Source of the DNA: Octopus sinensis
Lineage: Eukaryota
Direction of reading: 5' to 3'
Assembly (NCBI RefSeq): GCF_006345805.1
Contig: NW_021834260.1
Location: 1-50,175, forward strand
Length of the DNA stretch: 50,175 nt
Below, piece by piece: positions 45,954 to 50,175 of this stretch. Each line of letters starts with the position of its first letter. Positions within the stretch are counted from its first letter, which is position 1. The notes below the pieces were generated by a model. The model did no database searches. It was not told the origin of the DNA and was given only the letters and a program-made list of their open reading frames with translations. The position numbers and the translations under genes are program-made.

Positions 45954-46852
45954 CGAACTGCCATGCTTCACGGTAGTGAAACATGGGCTGTGACTGCAGA
46001 GGACATGCATAGACTTGAAAGGAATGAAGCTAGCATGATCCGCTGGATGTGTAATGTCAGTGTGCACGCACGACAATGGGTAAGCACCCTGAGAGAACTG
46101 CTGGACATAAGAAGCATCAGATGTGGTGTGCAAGAGCGACGCTTGCGATGGTATGGTCATGTACTGCGGATGGATGAGGAGAGATGTGTGAAGAAGTGCC
46201 ACTCCCAAACAGTTGAAGGTATCAGGGGGATGCTGTGACTGCAAAGACCCGGGCTGCTTCCTGCACCAGTTCCGCATAGCCCCCTGCCCATTCAAAGTAC
46301 CTTGGATTCCAGAACATCCCACTGTGCTTGAGGAGACCTGTTGAGTCAAGTACATGAACATGAACGTTGAAATAAATATCAATGGAAATAGTAGTTGTGA
46401 TACGTGTGCCGGTGGCACATAAAAAGCACCATCCGAACGTGGCCGATACCAGCGCCGCCTCGACTGGCTTCTGTGCCAGTGGCACATAAAAAGCACCATC
46501 CGAATGTGGCCGATGCCAGCGCCGCCTTGACTGGCTTCTGTGCCAGTGGCACATAAAGAGCACCATCCGCACATGGCCGATGCCAGCGCCGCCTTGGCTG
46601 GCTTCCGTGCCGGTGGCATGTTAAAAGCACCAACCGATCGTGGCCGATGCCAGACTCCCCTGGCAGGTGGCACGTAAAAAGCACCCACTACACTCGCGGA
46701 GTGGTTGGCGTTAGGAAGGGCATCCAGCTGTAGAAACTCTGCCAGATCAGACTGGAGCCTGGTGCAGCCTCCTGGCTTCCCAGACCCCGGTCGAACCGTC
46801 CAACCCGTGCTAGCACGGAAAACGGACGTTAGATGGTGATGATGATGATGAT
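45954..46852 (+). mobile_element. RTE-clade LINE 3' portion (RT C-terminus, 3' UTR with short tandem repeats, (GAT)n tail)
   Basis: MLHGSETW...RLRWYGHVLRMDEER is the RTE terminal motif; tail GATGATGATG at about 46840. Confidence 0.85.
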
Positions 46853-47015
46853 ATATATATACAACTCTAAATAAGGGCAAAAGAAAAAAATTTCTATGGG
46901 TATAGTTTTTTATGACTATACCCACTCTGATTTCTGTCGACTCCCTCAGCCCCCTTCCTAGCAGGCACTACTCCTTGTTCTTTTGACCTTAGATATACAA
47001 AGATTTGATAAACTA

Positions 47016-47050
<35 letters not shown>

Positions 47051-47341
47051 TGTTCCTTCTCGAGCCATGCCTGGCTCATTAGGGCCGGTTTCTTTGGCGT
47101 ATAGGTTCCCCACCTGTACGGGACGCCGGTACATCGCAGGTGAGCTGCAAGATGCAGGAGGAAAGAGTGAGAGAAAGTTGTGGTGACGAAAGAGTCAACA
47201 GAAGTTTCGCCATTACCTTCTGCCGGAGCCGCGTGGAGCTTAGGTGTTTCGCTCATAAACACACACACCGTCCGGTCTGAGAAACGAACTCGCGATCCCT
47301 CAACTGCAAGTCTGCTACTCTAACCACTAGGCTATGTGCCT

Positions 47342-47402
<61 letters not shown>

Positions 47403-47403
47403 A

Positions 47404-47606
47404 AGTTAATTCAAACAAGAAAGCACAAAAAAACACAACAACGCGAGGACGTGGAACAAATATAGTATTATTGGACGCTCAGGAAAGAAGGAGGGTTTAA
47501 CGTTTCGAGCGGAGCTCTTCGTCGGAAACATAGGAAAAGGAAAGATCCAGAGAAGGGAAGACAGAGGAAAAAAAATCACCAACGGTACACACGCGGTCAC
47601 ATTTTG
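47404..47606 (-). mobile_element. Solo Penelope-like pseudo-LTR fragment with hammerhead (second copy)
   Basis: Reverse-complement homology to 4847-5043, same 3' end in (TA)n. Confidence 0.6.
47495..47529 (-). ncRNA. Second copy of the same hammerhead motif
   Basis: Minus strand GTTT-CCGACGA-A-GAGC tcc GCTC-GAAA-CG-TT-AAAC; identical to 4923-4957 except GUU triplet. Confidence 0.65.
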
Positions 47607-47992
47607 ACACATACATACAAATATATATCGGCATATTTACACCCACACCCCTATACACATCCACCAGCACCATCAAACCACTGAGAAGAAGTGATGCCAC
47701 CGTGTTTCCATACATTAGACCAGATGACCACATTGGCTGCTCTACTGGTCATCACTTCACTGATGTAACAATGTAACACCACTTAATGGCCAGTTATATT
47801 CCACTTTACTGGACAACGGCTCTTGATGGTGGCGGTGGTGTTAGTGAGTAGGTCAGTGTTGGTCACATGCAACAGTGGTAGTGTGTGTGTATGTGCACGT
47901 ATATGGATTTCTATGTATGTAGCTATATATAAAGCATTACTAAACACTACACAAAGTTTTATGTGTGAGTGTGTGTATATACATACATATCT

Positions 47993-48731
47993 TTTACTCT
48001 TTTACTTGTTTCAGTCATTTGACTGCGGCCATGCTGGAGCACCGCCTTTTAGTACTTATTCTATCGGTCTCTTTTGCCGAACCGCTAAGTGACGGGGACC
48101 TAACCACCAGCATCGGTTGTCAAGCAATGCTAGGGGAACAAACACAGACACACAAACACACACACATATACATATATATACATATATACGACAGGCTTCT
48201 TTCAGTTTCCGTCTACCAAATCCACTCACAAGGCATTGGTCGGCCCGGAGCTATAGCAGAAGACACTTGCCCAAGATGCCACGCAGTGGGACTGAACCCG
48301 CAACCGTGTGGTTGGTTAGCAAGCTACTTATATTTAATTTAGATGATACTCTTTTACTTGTTTCAGTCATATGACTGCGGCCATGCTGGAGCACCGCCTT
48401 TCATCGAGTAACTCGACCCTGGGACTTATTCTTTTGTGAGCCCAGTACTTATTCTATCGGTCTCTTTTGCCGAACCGCTAAGTGACAGGGACGTAAACAC
48501 ACCAGCATCGGTTGTCAAGCAATGCTAGGGGGACAAACACAGACACACACACTTATATATATATATATACATATATACGACAAGTTTCTTTCAGTTTCCG
48601 TCTACCAAATCCACTCACAAGGCATTGGTCGGCCCGGGGCTATAGCAGAAGACACTTGCCCAAGATGCCACGCAGTGGGACTGAACCCGGAACCATGTGG
48701 TTGGTTAGCAAGCTACTTACCACACAGCCAT
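47993..48731 (-). mobile_element. Two tandem OK-like SINEs
   Basis: 47993-48328 (internally deleted) and 48345-48731. Confidence 0.8.
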
Positions 48732-49409
48732 CCCCGTAACTTAGCAGTTCGGCAAAAGATATCAACAGAATAAGTACAAGGCTTACAACTTGATGGAATG
48801 ACCTGGAAGCTAAATCCAACGACAAAGATATTTCTGTTGAAAAGCACAGCATTTGTCCCAATTAGTTTTGAAAAATAATGGAGAATTTAGTAAAATAACA
48901 TGGCCATTATTCAGCTAGGTTTAGAACATAAATTAAAACGAAATTTTCACAGCAGAATTAAATTTAGATCACTTTAAAACAGGAACCCAGTATCAGAGGA
49001 CCAAGGGTGGTCTCTGATAGGTTTCTATCAAAAGAGTTAAATTTAAATTAAAAGTGAAGTTAACTGCTTTCTTTCTTATTAAATGGTTGTTCCATAAAGC
49101 GGTTGCTATGCTAACGCTGACTTCTTAACTGCTTGTCATTCCACGAAGAAGCCATGCCTGGGTTGGTGGCATGTTTTCCCCCTATTCTTCAGTCGAATCT
49201 CATGTCTTATGTAAACAGTTCCTTGACTTTAAAATGGCTGCCGAGATATTTAAAACAGAGAAGAAGAAAAAAAAAATAACAAACGGTACAAAAAAAATAG
49301 CAGAGAAAGAAAAAAATAGTCCGAACGGGTTGCTCAGCACTTAAAATATCTTAACTACCTTTTTTGTTATTCTAGACTTCACTAATTAGTACGCTTGGCT
49401 GTGAACTCC

Positions 49410-49664
49410 ACACAGCCACACACACACACACACACACAAACGCGTGTACGTATATATGTATGCATGCATATATATATATATGTGTGTGTGTGTGTGTCTG
49501 TCTGTGTGTATACATATGCATATATGTAACTAGTTATGTATGTATATATGTTTGCATATATACATATATTTGTGTGAGTATATGTATATATATATATATA
49601 TATATGTATATATAAATCCTATATATATATATATAATATATACATAGAGATATAGGTATTATAT

Positions 49665-49705
<41 letters not shown>

Positions 49706-49713
49706 TATATATG

Positions 49714-49747
<34 letters not shown>

Positions 49748-49978
49748 TACATATTTTATATATGTGTGTATTTGTATGTATATGCTTATATATAGCAAGC
49801 GCAACTTTCCGCTGATTTGCAGCACTACTGGTGCTCAGTTTGATCCTACCGAATCTCTCATGCGAAGAATTGTACCATCTCCCTTGCTCTCACCCTCTTC
49901 CCCCCTCTCCCTTATTCTCACACCCTCTTCCCCCCTCTGCCTCTGTCATTGTTGTCAGTGCTGTGTGTGCATATATAT

Positions 49979-50029
<51 letters not shown>

Positions 50030-50037
50030 TATGAGTT

Positions 50038-50068
<31 letters not shown>

Positions 50069-50175
50069 TATTTATATATATGTATATATATATTTATATA
50101 TATGTATGTATATGTGTATATTATATATATATATACACACATATATATGAGTTTGTGCATATATATATATATATA
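49410..50175. repeat. (TA)n/(CA)n microsatellite field
   Basis: Direct inspection. Confidence 0.9.

Noticed and set aside
45939-46925. 328-aa minus-strand ORF
   Set aside because: Antisense reading of the RTE LINE 3' region and its tandem repeats
49790-49880. Short unique island among microsatellites as a possible exon
   Set aside because: No polypyrimidine acceptor and donor pair, and no recognisable peptide on either strand

Overview
Eukaryotic, AT-rich, repeat-dense genomic DNA, most likely from an Octopus species (inferred from the octopus-type tRNA-derived SINEs and (TA)n/(CA)n seas). The only protein-coding gene supported is the 3' part of a KLHL5-like (KLHL1/4/5 family) BTB-BACK-Kelch gene on the + strand: 8 exons from 6421 to the stop at 24932, all with GT-AG sites and consistent phases; the N-terminal exons lie upstream of the window. 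The rest is SINEs of three families, RTE and CR1/L2-type LINE remnants, mariner and hAT remnants, MITEs, a Helitron-like non-autonomous element, minisatellites and one 5S rRNA copy. Nearly all ORFs in the supplied track are microsatellite or SINE artefacts. No CRISPR or prokaryotic system is seen. The most notable unexplained signal is a set of short (TA)n-anchored elements carrying minimal type I hammerhead-ribozyme folds (4923, 8153/8338, 32363/32418, 47495, half motif at 40187) together with several near-perfect 75-100 bp fold-back palindromes, consistent with Penelope-like pseudo-LTRs. Other highlights: a tRNA-headed hammerhead element, a 5S-SINE-tail chimaera, SINE concatemers and a candidate SINE-partner LINE tail. 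All alignments and folds were done by eye; repeat boundaries are approximate.
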